In this document: in pieces, positions 28,457 through 37,813 of the stretch
Layout: every line of letters begins with the position of its first letter
Numbering within the stretch: the first letter of the stretch is position 1
NCBI GenBank assembly: GCA_036787355.1
Contig: DAIQPM010000001.1
Location: 1 to 40,502, forward strand
DNA: 40,502 nucleotides
Reading direction: 5' to 3'
From: Acidimicrobiales bacterium
Lineage (GTDB): Bacteria > Actinomycetota > Acidimicrobiia > Acidimicrobiales > RAAP-2
Made by a program: the position numbers and the translations under genes
Notes under the pieces: generated by a model
The model's input: only the letters and a program-made list of their open reading frames with translations
Databases searched by the model: none
Told to the model about the DNA's origin: nothing

Positions 28457-29857
28457 TTAACCGATTGAACCTTCCATTTGAAGTTCAATTAGTCGAGACC
28501 ACTCAACGGCATATTCCATTGGAAGAGTTCGCGTAACTGGCTCAATAAAGCCGTTCACGATCATTCCCATGGCTTGGGCCTCGGTGAGTCCACGGCTCAT
28601 TAGGTAGAACAACTGGTCATCACCGATCTTGGAAACAGTGGCTTCGTGACCGATTGATGCGTCTTGCTCGCCTACTTCCATGTACGGCTTAGTTTCAGAA
28701 ATTGACTGTTCATCGAGAATAAGAGCGTCACAACGTACGAAGCTCTTTGCTCCCGTTGCGCCTTCTTCCACTTTCACGAGTCCACGGTAAGAAGTGAGCC
28801 CACCATCTTTTGAAATTGACTTAGAAACAATTGTTGATGTTGTTTCAGGGGCACAGTGAACCATCTTCGCTCCTGCATCTTGCACCTGGCCGGGGCCAGC
28901 GTACGCAACAGAAAGAACTTCACCCGATGCCTTTGGTCCCATCAAGTAAACAGCTGGGTACTTCATAGTGAGTCGTGAACCAATGTTTCCGTCAATCCAC
29001 TCAACGTGAGCTTCGGCTTCTGCGCGTGCGCGCTTGGTAACCAAGTTGTACACGTTGTTAGACCAGTTCTGAATCGTGGTGTAGGTGATCCGTGATCCAG
29101 GAAGTGCCACGAGCTCTACAACTGCTGAGTGCAATGAGTCAGTTGAGTAGACCGGTGCAGAGCAACCTTCCACGTAGTGAACTTGTGAACCTTCATCAGC
29201 AATGATGAGCGTGCGCTCGAACTGACCCATGTTTTCGGTGTTGATGCGGAAGTACGCCTGAAGGGGTTGGTCAACCTTTACGCCAGGTGGAACATAGATG
29301 AACGATCCACCGGACCACACCGCTGAGTTAAGTGCTGCAAACTTATTGTCGTTTGGTGGAATTACTTTTCCAAAGTATTTGCGAACAAGCTCTGGGTACT
29401 CACGAACAGCGGTGTCCATGTCGCAGAACAAAACACCGAGACGCTCTAAGTCTTCACGGTTACGGTGAAACACAACTTCTGATTCGTACTGTGCTGTAAC
29501 GCCGGCTAAGTACTTGCGCTCAGCTTCAGGGATACCAAGCTTTTCGTAGGTGTTCTTAATTGCGTCTGGAAGGTCTTCCCATCGGTCGACCTGATTCTCA
29601 GTTGGCTTGATGTAGTAGTAAATGTCGTTGAAGTCGAGGTCGGGCATGCGAGTCGCGAACCATGGAAGCATGGGCTTGCGTTCGAAGTTCTTTAGAGCGT
29701 TAAGTCGAAAGTCGAGCATCCATTGCTCTTCTTTCTTCATTGCTGACATCTCACGGACGATTGCCTCGTTGATGCCCTTCTTTGGCTTAAAGACGGCCAG
29801 GTGCTCGTCAGACCAGCCCAACTGGTAACGGCTGAAATCCAGATTGTCAATTGACAT
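28457..29857 (-). CDS. sufB: Fe-S assembly scaffold SufB
   Basis: [50 protein letters not shown] and [16 protein letters not shown] upstream. Confidence 0.96.
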   Translation of the reverse strand: MSIDNLDFSRYQLGWSDEHLAVFKPKKGINEAIVREMSAMKKEEQWMLDFRLNALKNFERKPMLPWFATRMPDLDFNDIYYYIKPTENQVDRWEDLPDAIKNTYEKLGIPEAERKYLAGVTAQYESEVVFHRNREDLERLGVLFCDMDTAVREYPELVRKYFGKVIPPNDNKFAALNSAVWSGGSFIYVPPGVKVDQPLQAYFRINTENMGQFERTLIIADEGSQVHYVEGCSAPVYSTDSLHSAVVELVALPGSRITYTTIQNWSNNVYNLVTKRARAEAEAHVEWIDGNIGSRLTMKYPAVYLMGPKASGEVLSVAYAGPGQVQDAGAKMVHCAPETTSTIVSKSISKDGGLTSYRGLVKVEEGATGAKSFVRCDALILDEQSISETKPYMEVGEQDASIGHEATVSKIGDDQLFYLMSRGLTEAQAMGMIVNGFIEPVTRTLPMEYAVEWSRLIELQMEGSIG

Positions 29858-29942
29858 GTAGCTCCTTGGGGATTTACCCTACGTCCATAGTAGTAACTAA
29901 ATGAGGCTTCATGTCCAAGAATTACTGGCAAACTGGCAATCC

Positions 29943-32123
29943 ATGAACAAACCATCAGTCCCTAAGCGCCCACACTCACTCACCCACCATGGTGACACCC
30001 GAGTTGACCCCTACTACTGGCTCATGGACCGAGGTAGTGAAGAAGTTCTTTCTCACCTGCGAAACGAGAACGACTTCCTTAAGAGCGAACTAAAGCACCT
30101 AGAACCACTCACCGAAGAGCTCTTCCAAGAAATGAAGAACCGCATTGAAGAAACAGACAACTCTGTTCCATCTCGCAAACGTTCATGGTGGCACTACAGC
30201 CGCACCGTTGAAGGTCTCCAGTACCCAATTGTTTGTCGCCTAAAAGCAACTGATGATGACTACACCCCACCAACGATTGATCCGCAAACTCCAATCGAAG
30301 GTGAAGAGATTGTTATTGACATGAATGCAGAAGCTGGCGACAGCGACTTCTTCTCCGTCGGAATTCTCGCCATAAGTTTCGACGACAAGTGGCTAGCGGT
30401 TGGAACTGACTTTGAAGGCAACGAACGCCACCGTGTTACCTTCCGCTCGCTCGTAGGCGAAAGCGCACCCGATGATGTCATTGAAAATGTTCACTACGGT
30501 TCAGCGTGGTCAACAGACTCAAAGTACTTCTTTTATACGCGTGTAGATGATGCGTGGAGGCCCTACCAACTGTGGCGTCACCAACTTGGAACAGATGCCT
30601 CACAAGATGTGCTTGTCTTTCAAGAAGACAACCTGCAGTTCAACGTAGGCATTGGAAGGTCTCGCGACGACAAAATTATTGTTGTCGCACTGAGCTCGTC
30701 AATGACAACCGAGTGTTACTGGCTACCCGCCGATAACCCAACTGCAGAACTGCAACTCATTGAGGCTCGTCGACACGGCATTGAATACAGCATTGATCAC
30801 TTCACGGATAAGAACGCAAACGCCTGGTGGCTAAAGGTGACTAACGAAGAAGCCGTTGACTTTCGCTGCCTCGCCAAACCAGTGAACGGTGGCGAATGGA
30901 GAGAGATCATCCCCCACCAGCCGGGTAACCGTCTAGACGGCATTGATGCCTTTGCCAACTTCTTCACCATCAGCACCAGAGAAGACGGCTACTGCGTTGG
31001 ACGAATCGTCAAAGCACTCGACGGCAACGACCCTTTTGGTGATGACTTCTTCCAACGCTCAGAAGTCATTGACTCTGGTGCCAAGCCAAGCACTCTCAAC
31101 TGCGGCGGTGGCGAATACGACACGCCATTTGTGCGCATCTCTGTAACTTCACTGGTAACTCCGGCCTACATTGCTGACATCAATGTAGAAACTGGTGAGA
31201 GATTTATTCGAAAGCAGCAGAAAGTTCTAGGTGGTTACGACGAGTCAAACTACGTGACTACTCGCCTCTGGACAACTGCCAGCGATGGACAACGACTTCC
31301 TATTTCCCTAGTGGCAAGACGTGACCTCGTAGACATTCATGCAGACGGTTCCATGACCGCTAAGAAGCCATCGCCATTCTTGCTCTACGGTTACGGAAGT
31401 TACGAAGTATGTATTGATCCGTACTTCTCGGTTTCACGCCTTTCAATGCTTGACCGTGGTGTTATCTACGCCATTGCTCACATTCGTGGTGGTGGAGAGA
31501 TGGGCCGTAATTTCTATCTCCAAGGAAAGCTCAACCAGAAGCCGACAACCTTTAGCGACTTTGTGGCCATCACGCGTGACCTTATAGCCAAGGGTTGGAC
31601 AACTCCAGACCAGCTGGCAGCCATGGGTGGTTCAGCCGGAGGACTTTTGATGGGTGGCGTTGTAAACCTTGCCCCTGAGCTCTATAAAGCAGTTGTGGCA
31701 GACGTCGCATTCGTTGATGCCCTTACTTCAATGCTGGATGAAACGCTTCCCCTTACTGCTGGAGAGTGGGAAGAGTGGGGTGACCCCATAAAAGATGAAG
31801 TTGCCTACAAGGTAATGAAGTCCTATTCACCGTATGACAATGTGAGCGCGACCAACGCAGACGGAAGCACCAGAATTTATCCACACATGTACGTAACTGG
31901 TGGGCTCAATGACTCTCGAGTCGGATTCTGGGAGCCAACGAAGTACGTTCTAAAACTCCGAGATGTGAATCCGGACAACGTGGTTTATCTAAAGACTGAA
32001 ATGGGTGCGGGGCACGGTGGGCCTTCTGGAAGATATGACTCTTGGCGAGATGGCTGCCAAGAAAGCGCGTTCGTACTTTCAGAGCTTGGCGCAACAAAAC
32101 TATTTAGTGAAAATAGTAAATAA
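29943..32123 (+). CDS. ptrB: Oligopeptidase B (S9A)
   Basis: HGD.RVDPYYW, LYGYGSY, GGSAGG nucleophile motif, DSRV and AGHGG. Confidence 0.92.
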   Translation: MNKPSVPKRPHSLTHHGDTRVDPYYWLMDRGSEEVLSHLRNENDFLKSELKHLEPLTEELFQEMKNRIEETDNSVPSRKRSWWHYSRTVEGLQYPIVCRLKATDDDYTPPTIDPQTPIEGEEIVIDMNAEAGDSDFFSVGILAISFDDKWLAVGTDFEGNERHRVTFRSLVGESAPDDVIENVHYGSAWSTDSKYFFYTRVDDAWRPYQLWRHQLGTDASQDVLVFQEDNLQFNVGIGRSRDDKIIVVALSSSMTTECYWLPADNPTAELQLIEARRHGIEYSIDHFTDKNANAWWLKVTNEEAVDFRCLAKPVNGGEWREIIPHQPGNRLDGIDAFANFFTISTREDGYCVGRIVKALDGNDPFGDDFFQRSEVIDSGAKPSTLNCGGGEYDTPFVRISVTSLVTPAYIADINVETGERFIRKQQKVLGGYDESNYVTTRLWTTASDGQRLPISLVARRDLVDIHADGSMTAKKPSPFLLYGYGSYEVCIDPYFSVSRLSMLDRGVIYAIAHIRGGGEMGRNFYLQGKLNQKPTTFSDFVAITRDLIAKGWTTPDQLAAMGGSAGGLLMGGVVNLAPELYKAVVADVAFVDALTSMLDETLPLTAGEWEEWGDPIKDEVAYKVMKSYSPYDNVSATNADGSTRIYPHMYVTGGLNDSRVGFWEPTKYVLKLRDVNPDNVVYLKTEMGAGHGGPSGRYDSWRDGCQESAFVLSELGATKLFSENSK

Positions 32124-32550
32124 CAAAAACAACAATCACCAGTGTTGCTCCCACGATTGATCCAACAGCAGCAAAACTGAGTGGTGATTTTTCAAAAGAT
32201 TGCGCCAGCGTGCGAAGTTGCTGCTCACGGTGAGACAAGATTTCATCTTCACTCATTGGTGAAACTTGATTGTCATTGAAGACAAAACCTTCTGAAGAAG
32301 TATCGAGTTTGGGTTTCTCGGGGGTACGGTGCTGGACTTCAGTGACATCTTCTGGCACTACGCGAAATCCCGGGGCAACTTGATATGGCGATGGCGGTGG
32401 AACCATGAGGCTCGGATCAAGACTCTTCAGTTCTCTACGAAACTTGTCTCTGCTCAATTTTCTCATACGAAGTAAAAGGACAGCGCTGCTGAGTGTTATC
32501 AGAACAACCAGGATGATTTCGATGAACATAGCCATCAGCTGCATCCACAT
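32104..32550 (-). CDS. Hypothetical membrane protein (hydrophobic helix at each end)
   Basis: N-terminal and C-terminal hydrophobic segments flank a polar, Pro-rich loop. Start is uncertain. Confidence 0.6.
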   Translation of the reverse strand: MWMQLMAMFIEIILVVLITLSSAVLLLRMRKLSRDKFRRELKSLDPSLMVPPPSPYQVAPGFRVVPEDVTEVQHRTPEKPKLDTSSEGFVFNDNQVSPMSEDEILSHREQQLRTLAQSFEKSPLSFAAVGSIVGATLVIVVFVIYYFH

Positions 32551-32604
32551 GCATTGTTGAGCAAAATGGTTCGCACACTGCGAACCTTAGTTACATTTGT
32601 ACTC

Positions 32605-33099
32605 TTACGCTGGTAGTCCAAACGATCCACGAAAGTACAGTAACGGCATAGCTTCACTTGGATTGTCTTTATTAAATTTATTTACGGTGCCGTAGGTAAC
32701 TTCAACAACTGCAAGCTCGTGATCACCGTGAGTGGTAACAGAATGAAGTGTGCCCTCCACGTGTGCAAGAGCGCCCTCAATCAACGGAGCCCCACCTGGA
32801 CCTGGCTTCCACGCAACACCGCTGAACTTATCTGAGCCACTCGCGGCGAACTGCATAGCAAGTTGCTCTTGTTCTTGACTCAAAATACTGATCCCAATCG
32901 ACTCAGCACCTTTAATACGAGGCCATGATGAGCCGCCAGTCTGCGCAGTGAAGTACGAAAGCAGCGGCTCGAGCGATAGGGAGCCAAAGGTTTGACAGGT
33001 GAAACCAACCGGTCCGTCAGATGTCGTCGCTGTAACGACTACAACTCCAGTGGCGAAGTTGCTGGCGACTTGTTTGAATTCTGAAATATTGATACTCAC
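32605..33099 (-). CDS. Flavin reductase-like (HpaC/RutF family) protein
   Basis: FATGVVVVT, SLSLEP, DKF, GDH and PLLYFRGSF. Confidence 0.9.
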   Translation of the reverse strand: MSINISEFKQVASNFATGVVVVTATTSDGPVGFTCQTFGSLSLEPLLSYFTAQTGGSSWPRIKGAESIGISILSQEQEQLAMQFAASGSDKFSGVAWKPGPGGAPLIEGALAHVEGTLHSVTTHGDHELAVVEVTYGTVNKFNKDNPSEAMPLLYFRGSFGLPA

Positions 33100-33116
33100 C
33101 TGAGTGACACTACTTA

Positions 33117-33992
33117 CTATTCGCCGTGAAGCTGCATCATGCGTCCACGCTGCTCAATTAGTCCATCATCAACGAGACCGTCCAGCACCTTCTGAAGCCT
33201 GGTGGGCTCCACCTCATTTAAGAGTGAGCGCAGTTTGATCATGCTCGCAGGCGCAGTTCGTAACTGAGCTAGTACTTGACCGCGGACTTGGCGATCTGAA
33301 CCTTTAAACGTTGACTGCGGTTTTGAAACACCAGCACTTTTTGTAGCGGGATCTTTACCGCCCTGTAGTTTCCAAGCACACGACTTTGCAACCGGGCACT
33401 GTTCACACGCTGGCTTTGACTTGCAGAACTGTGCGCCGAGATCGAGCATTGCTTGATTGAACTGTGCTGCGTTCGTTCTCGGAAGTAGTTCACTCGCCAG
33501 CGCTCTTGCCTCAATTTGAGAAAGAGTCTTGTTCGCTACCCCACGACTAAGGATGCGGCCAACATTTGTGTCGAGAATCGCTACTGGAACTGAAAACGCG
33601 AAGGATGCAATCGCGTTTGCGGTGTATTCGCCTACCCCTGGTAGTGACCGGAGCTCTTCAACTGTTGCGGGAACTTTGCCCTTGTGCTGGTCGCGAATCA
33701 ACTTGGCCGTTTCATGAAGTGCCTTCGCCCTACGGCTAAAGCCAAGGCCACCCCAGAGTTTTAAAACCTCTGCAAGCGAAGCATCAGCGCAGCGAGTCGG
33801 GGTTGGAAATGACTTCAGGAATTTCTCCCAAGGTTCAATGACTCTTGAGACTTGGGTTTGCTGGAGCATGAACTCGCTCACGAGTACTTTCCACGGTGTT
33901 GCCCCGATCCAGGGCAAGTCTCTTTTTAGTGAGGGGGTTGCCCTCAGCAGCGCACGTCGAAACGTCGCGCTATCACTGCCAGGCGTCGTCAC
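33117..33992 (-). CDS. mutY: A/G-specific adenine glycosylase (actinobacterial MutY type)
   Basis: RDLPW, VSEFMLQQT, LPGVGEYTA (HhH), DTNV and a 4-Cys FeS loop. Start estimated at GTG 33992. Confidence 0.85.
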   Translation of the reverse strand: MTTPGSDSATFRRALLRATPSLKRDLPWIGATPWKVLVSEFMLQQTQVSRVIEPWEKFLKSFPTPTRCADASLAEVLKLWGGLGFSRRAKALHETAKLIRDQHKGKVPATVEELRSLPGVGEYTANAIASFAFSVPVAILDTNVGRILSRGVANKTLSQIEARALASELLPRTNAAQFNQAMLDLGAQFCKSKPACEQCPVAKSCAWKLQGGKDPATKSAGVSKPQSTFKGSDRQVRGQVLAQLRTAPASMIKLRSLLNEVEPTRLQKVLDGLVDDGLIEQRGRMMQLHGE

Positions 33993-34485
33993 CGTATGGG
34001 CGCTGGCGCTTTGGAGCAAACTCCTTCTTCCACACCATGACGCGACGACGGAAGTAGCAAACTTCAGTTCCGTCTTGCTTAAAGCCTTTGGTCTCAACTG
34101 TCACAACACCGCGGTCGTTCTTCGAAGAAGATTCCTTCTTTTCAAGCACGCGGGTCTCTGCGTAAATGGTGTCGCCGTGAAATGTTGGATTTTTGTGTTG
34201 CAGCGTTTCGATTTCAAGATTTGCGATTGCTGAGCCTGAAACATCAGGAACGCTCATACCAAGAACAAGTGAGTACACGAGGTTTCCGACAACAACATTT
34301 TGTCCTTGCACGCTCTGCGTTTCTGCGAACCAGCGGTCGCTGTGCAGTGGGTGTTGGTTCATTGTGATGGCACAGAACAGTTGATCATCAGCTTCAGTAA
34401 TTGTCTTACCTGGCCAGTGCTTGAAGATGTCGCCAACTTCGAAGTCCTCGAAGTAACGGCCGAAGGTGTGGTCGTATGTAGTCAT
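33973..34485 (-). CDS. MaoC-family (R)-hydratase, probable mesaconyl-CoA hydratase
   Basis: FGRYFEDFEVGD.FKHWPGKTITE.DD.LF...TMN.HPLH and GMSVPDVSG.AIANL. The family call is firm; substrate is inferred. Confidence 0.8.
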   Translation of the reverse strand: MTTYDHTFGRYFEDFEVGDIFKHWPGKTITEADDQLFCAITMNQHPLHSDRWFAETQSVQGQNVVVGNLVYSLVLGMSVPDVSGSAIANLEIETLQHKNPTFHGDTIYAETRVLEKKESSSKNDRGVVTVETKGFKQDGTEVCYFRRRVMVWKKEFAPKRQRPYGDDAWQ

Positions 34486-34489
34486 GCTT

Positions 34490-34927
34490 TTATTCTGCCT
34501 CATTTTCTTGTTGCGGACGAGTCGTGAATGACGCACTCGCGCCAGGTAGCGCCTCGCCATTAATAACCATGCGCCAAGTAAAACGTTGCCCAGTTGCAAG
34601 TGGAATTGGTCCGAAGTTCACTGCGATTGGTACATCAACTGGTGTACCGAGCGGAACGCCTTGGGGTTCGCTCGCCGAGAAGTCGCCGCGAACTTCAATG
34701 CTCTGCGGTCCTTCTGGGGTGTCGATAGTGAGAAGCTTTCCATCGGCATCTTCCAAGAACAGTTCCCAGTGGTGCTCTTTGTCGAATTCATGGCGGTCAA
34801 CACTGACCTTTACCGCCACGGCCGAGGGGGTTGGACCTGGGCCGGTTACGGACCAGCCACCACCCAATATGTACAGCTTTCCGTCAGCCACTTGGGCTGA
34901 ATCTGCAAGGAGCATGACAACGTTCAT
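34490..34927 (-). CDS. Hypothetical beta-rich protein (DUF6941-like)
   Basis: N-terminal LLADSAQVADGKLYILGGGW pattern. TAGGCT lies 6 nt upstream of the ATG. Confidence 0.65.
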   Translation of the reverse strand: MNVVMLLADSAQVADGKLYILGGGWSVTGPGPTPSAVAVKVSVDRHEFDKEHHWELFLEDADGKLLTIDTPEGPQSIEVRGDFSASEPQGVPLGTPVDVPIAVNFGPIPLATGQRFTWRMVINGEALPGASASFTTRPQQENEAE

Positions 34928-34979
34928 CCCTCCAGCCTAGGGCGCATCAAAGTCTGCAAAAAACCGGTAGTTTTTCATC

Positions 34980-36566
34980 ATGACAATTCCCAACGTAGAC
35001 GTTACAAAAGCCACTGAGCTCGTGGCCCAAGCACAGGCAGTCATTGACACAGGCGTGAAGCGTCTGAGCGCACTTGGTGGACCAGACAAAGAGCAGACAC
35101 TTGCCTACGATCTCGCACACGCCGCTAGTGCAATCGCGACTGCGCGTGCATGTCTTTCCTACGCTGCCAAGGGAACACAAGAAGCTGACCTCACTGCAGC
35201 GTTCCTCGCCATTGCTCTTAGCGACCTCGCAACACGAATTCTTGGACGCGAAGAACTCTGGGGTGTTGAGAGTGATTGGTACAAGCCATTTGCACTATTC
35301 GTATCTACGTACCGCCAAGCTGAATTCGTAGGATCTCTCGCAGAAACACCTGGACCAAAACACCTCGACGAAGAATTTGAAATGGTGTCACAAATGTTCC
35401 ATCGTTTCGCAGAAGAAGAAGTTCGCCCACACGCAGAACATGTTCACCGCACTAACGGTGACATTCCAGAATCAATCATTAGCGGACTTGCAGAAATTGG
35501 TGGATTCGGACTCAGTGTTCCAGAAGAGTTTGGCGGCTTTGCAACCGGTGGCGAAGGCGAATACCTCGGCATGGTTGTAGCAACCGAAGAACTCTCATGG
35601 GGTGGACTCGGAATTGGTGGGTCTCTGATCACTCGCCCAGAAATTGTTACTCGAGCCCTTGTTTCTGGTGGAACCCAGGCGCAGAAGGAGCGCTGGCTGC
35701 CAAAGCTCGCTACCGCCGAAGTCCTGGCTGCGATTGCCGTGACTGAGCCGGACTTTGGTTCTGACGTTGCGGGCATTCTTACTACCGCTACCAAAACTGA
35801 TGGCGGTTGGCTAATCAATGGTGCCAAGACATGGTGCACCTTCGGTGCTCGCGCCAATGTGTTGCTACTCCTTGCTCGTACCAACCCAGACCGCACTCAG
35901 GCTCACCGTGGACTTTCAGTGTTCCTCGTTGAAAAGCCCCAAGGTGAAGCGCACGGATTCCTCTTCAACCAAGATGGCGGTGGACGACTCGAAGGTCGCC
36001 CAATTGACACTCTCGGTTACCGCGGAATGCACAGCTACTCACTCAACTTCGACAACTGGTTTGTCCCAGACGACTGCTTGATTGGTGAAGAGTCGGGACT
36101 TGGCAAGGGCTTCTACTACCAGATGGCTGGATTCGAAAACGGTCGCATTCAGACTGCAGCTCGCGCCGTAGGACTTATGCAGGCTGCTTACGAAGCAGCA
36201 CTCGAATACTCACGTGACCGCGTGGTCTTTGGTGAGCCAATTCTCAACTACGAGCTCACTCGCGTGAAACTCGGAACCATGGCCGCAATCATTCAGTGCT
36301 CTCGTCAGTTCTCACTAGAAGTTGCTCGAATGATGGGTAACGGGGGCGGAATTATGGAAGCCTCCATGGCCAAGGCCTACGTCTGTCGAGCTGCTGAATG
36401 GGTAACTCGTGAAGCCATGCAGATCTTCGGAGGTATGGGTTACGCCGAGGAATACCCAGTGAGCCGCTACTTCGTTGACGCTCGCGTGCTTTCAATCTTT
36501 GAAGGTGCTGACGAAACGTTGTGCTTGAAGGTAGTTGCTCGTCGACTACTCGACACCGTTAACTAG
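34980..36566 (+). CDS. Acyl-CoA dehydrogenase with N-terminal extension, probable (2S)-methylsuccinyl-CoA dehydrogenase
   Basis: About 125-aa N-terminal extension, GSLITRPEI, AVTEPDFGSD, GYRGM, RIQTAARAVG and IFEGADE. Confidence 0.8.
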   Translation: MTIPNVDVTKATELVAQAQAVIDTGVKRLSALGGPDKEQTLAYDLAHAASAIATARACLSYAAKGTQEADLTAAFLAIALSDLATRILGREELWGVESDWYKPFALFVSTYRQAEFVGSLAETPGPKHLDEEFEMVSQMFHRFAEEEVRPHAEHVHRTNGDIPESIISGLAEIGGFGLSVPEEFGGFATGGEGEYLGMVVATEELSWGGLGIGGSLITRPEIVTRALVSGGTQAQKERWLPKLATAEVLAAIAVTEPDFGSDVAGILTTATKTDGGWLINGAKTWCTFGARANVLLLLARTNPDRTQAHRGLSVFLVEKPQGEAHGFLFNQDGGGRLEGRPIDTLGYRGMHSYSLNFDNWFVPDDCLIGEESGLGKGFYYQMAGFENGRIQTAARAVGLMQAAYEAALEYSRDRVVFGEPILNYELTRVKLGTMAAIIQCSRQFSLEVARMMGNGGGIMEASMAKAYVCRAAEWVTREAMQIFGGMGYAEEYPVSRYFVDARVLSIFEGADETLCLKVVARRLLDTVN

Positions 36567-37763
36567 TTATTCGTCAATAGTAAATGGGGCATGAACTGCT
36601 CCCAAGGTGATTCCAGCTGAGTGGGCATCTGGCGTTTCGCCACGAGCAATTTGTGCTTTCGTCGCTGCATTTTCCCAGCGTTGTTCAACTTTGCCGTACT
36701 TCCAGTAAAGAAGTGCGCCGGCCCAGACAACTACGAAAATTCCAACAATGATCATTCCTGCTCCATTGATATTGAAGTTTGCGCAGTAGTTCCAAATGCC
36801 ACCATGCAATTTGAATTGCCCTTGAATAACTTGCAGGATCTCTAGCGTTCCGATGTAGAACGCGACAAAAACACTTAGCCCCGTAATGGCGATGTTGTAA
36901 TACACCTTTCGGATCGGCTTCGAAAAAGCCCACCCGTAGGCGAAGTTCATGAACGATCCGTCAATCGTGTCGAGCAGACTCATGCCAGCAGCGAACAAAA
37001 TCGGTAACGACAAAATTGCGTAGAAAGGTAGTCCAGCGGCAACAGAAGTTCCAGCCAATACGAGGAAGGCAATTTCAGTAGCGGTATCAAAACCGAGTCC
37101 AAAAAGAATACCCAGCGGGTACATCTTCCAAGGCGTATCAATTGAGCGCGCAATTGGTCCAAAGAAGCGCATCATGAAGCCACGTGCGTTCAAGTGCTTC
37201 TCTAATTCAGCGTCATTAAAGCGACCTTGGCGCATCTGAACAAAAAGGCGGACAATGCCAATGAGGACGACAAGATTCAAAGTGGCAATTATGTAGAGGA
37301 ATCCTCCTGAAACAATTGTTCCGACTAATCCGCCATAGTGGTGAAGTCCTGAATTTGAATTACGTACTTGTGCTCCAAGAGACCTTGCTCCAAGACCCAG
37401 AAGAACGGTGAGTGCGAACACCACACTGGAGTGACCCAGGGAGAAGAAGAAACCAACTGACATTGGTCGTTTGCCTTCACTCATGAACTTACGAGTCGTG
37501 TTGTCAATTGCCGCAATGTGATCGGCATCGAATGCGTGACGCATTCCTAGCGTGTATGCGAGCACGCCCGTTCCAACACCAAGAATCTGTCCAGAGCCAA
37601 CGTTGTAGTGCTTGCTGGACGCGTAGAAAAGAATTCCCCATCCAACAATGTGGAGGAAGGTAATGAAGCCAAACATCATGTACAACGAACGCCATTCGCT
37701 AGGTGAGAATGATGCACGGACGCGTTGGGTCAAACTCGAATCATGAGTTGTAGCGGTGGCCAT
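36567..37763 (-). CDS. High-affinity nickel/cobalt permease (NiCoT; HoxN/NixA/NicT family)
   Basis: RHAFDADHIAAID signature, FSLGHSSVV and LFGLGFDTATE. Confidence 0.93.
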   Translation of the reverse strand: MATATTHDSSLTQRVRASFSPSEWRSLYMMFGFITFLHIVGWGILFYASSKHYNVGSGQILGVGTGVLAYTLGMRHAFDADHIAAIDNTTRKFMSEGKRPMSVGFFFSLGHSSVVFALTVLLGLGARSLGAQVRNSNSGLHHYGGLVGTIVSGGFLYIIATLNLVVLIGIVRLFVQMRQGRFNDAELEKHLNARGFMMRFFGPIARSIDTPWKMYPLGILFGLGFDTATEIAFLVLAGTSVAAGLPFYAILSLPILFAAGMSLLDTIDGSFMNFAYGWAFSKPIRKVYYNIAITGLSVFVAFYIGTLEILQVIQGQFKLHGGIWNYCANFNINGAGMIIVGIFVVVWAGALLYWKYGKVEQRWENAATKAQIARGETPDAHSAGITLGAVHAPFTIDE

Positions 37764-37784
37764 TACTCCACCTTAAATGCCTAA

Positions 37785-37809
37785 AATCCCGACCATTTCA
37801 GTCGGTATT
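37785..37809. promoter_or_regulatory. Inverted repeat (operator or weak terminator) between the CoA-lyase and NiCoT genes
   Basis: aatcccgac-catttca-gtcggtatt, with 8 of 9 positions pairing. Confidence 0.4.
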
Positions 37810-37813
37810 CAAA

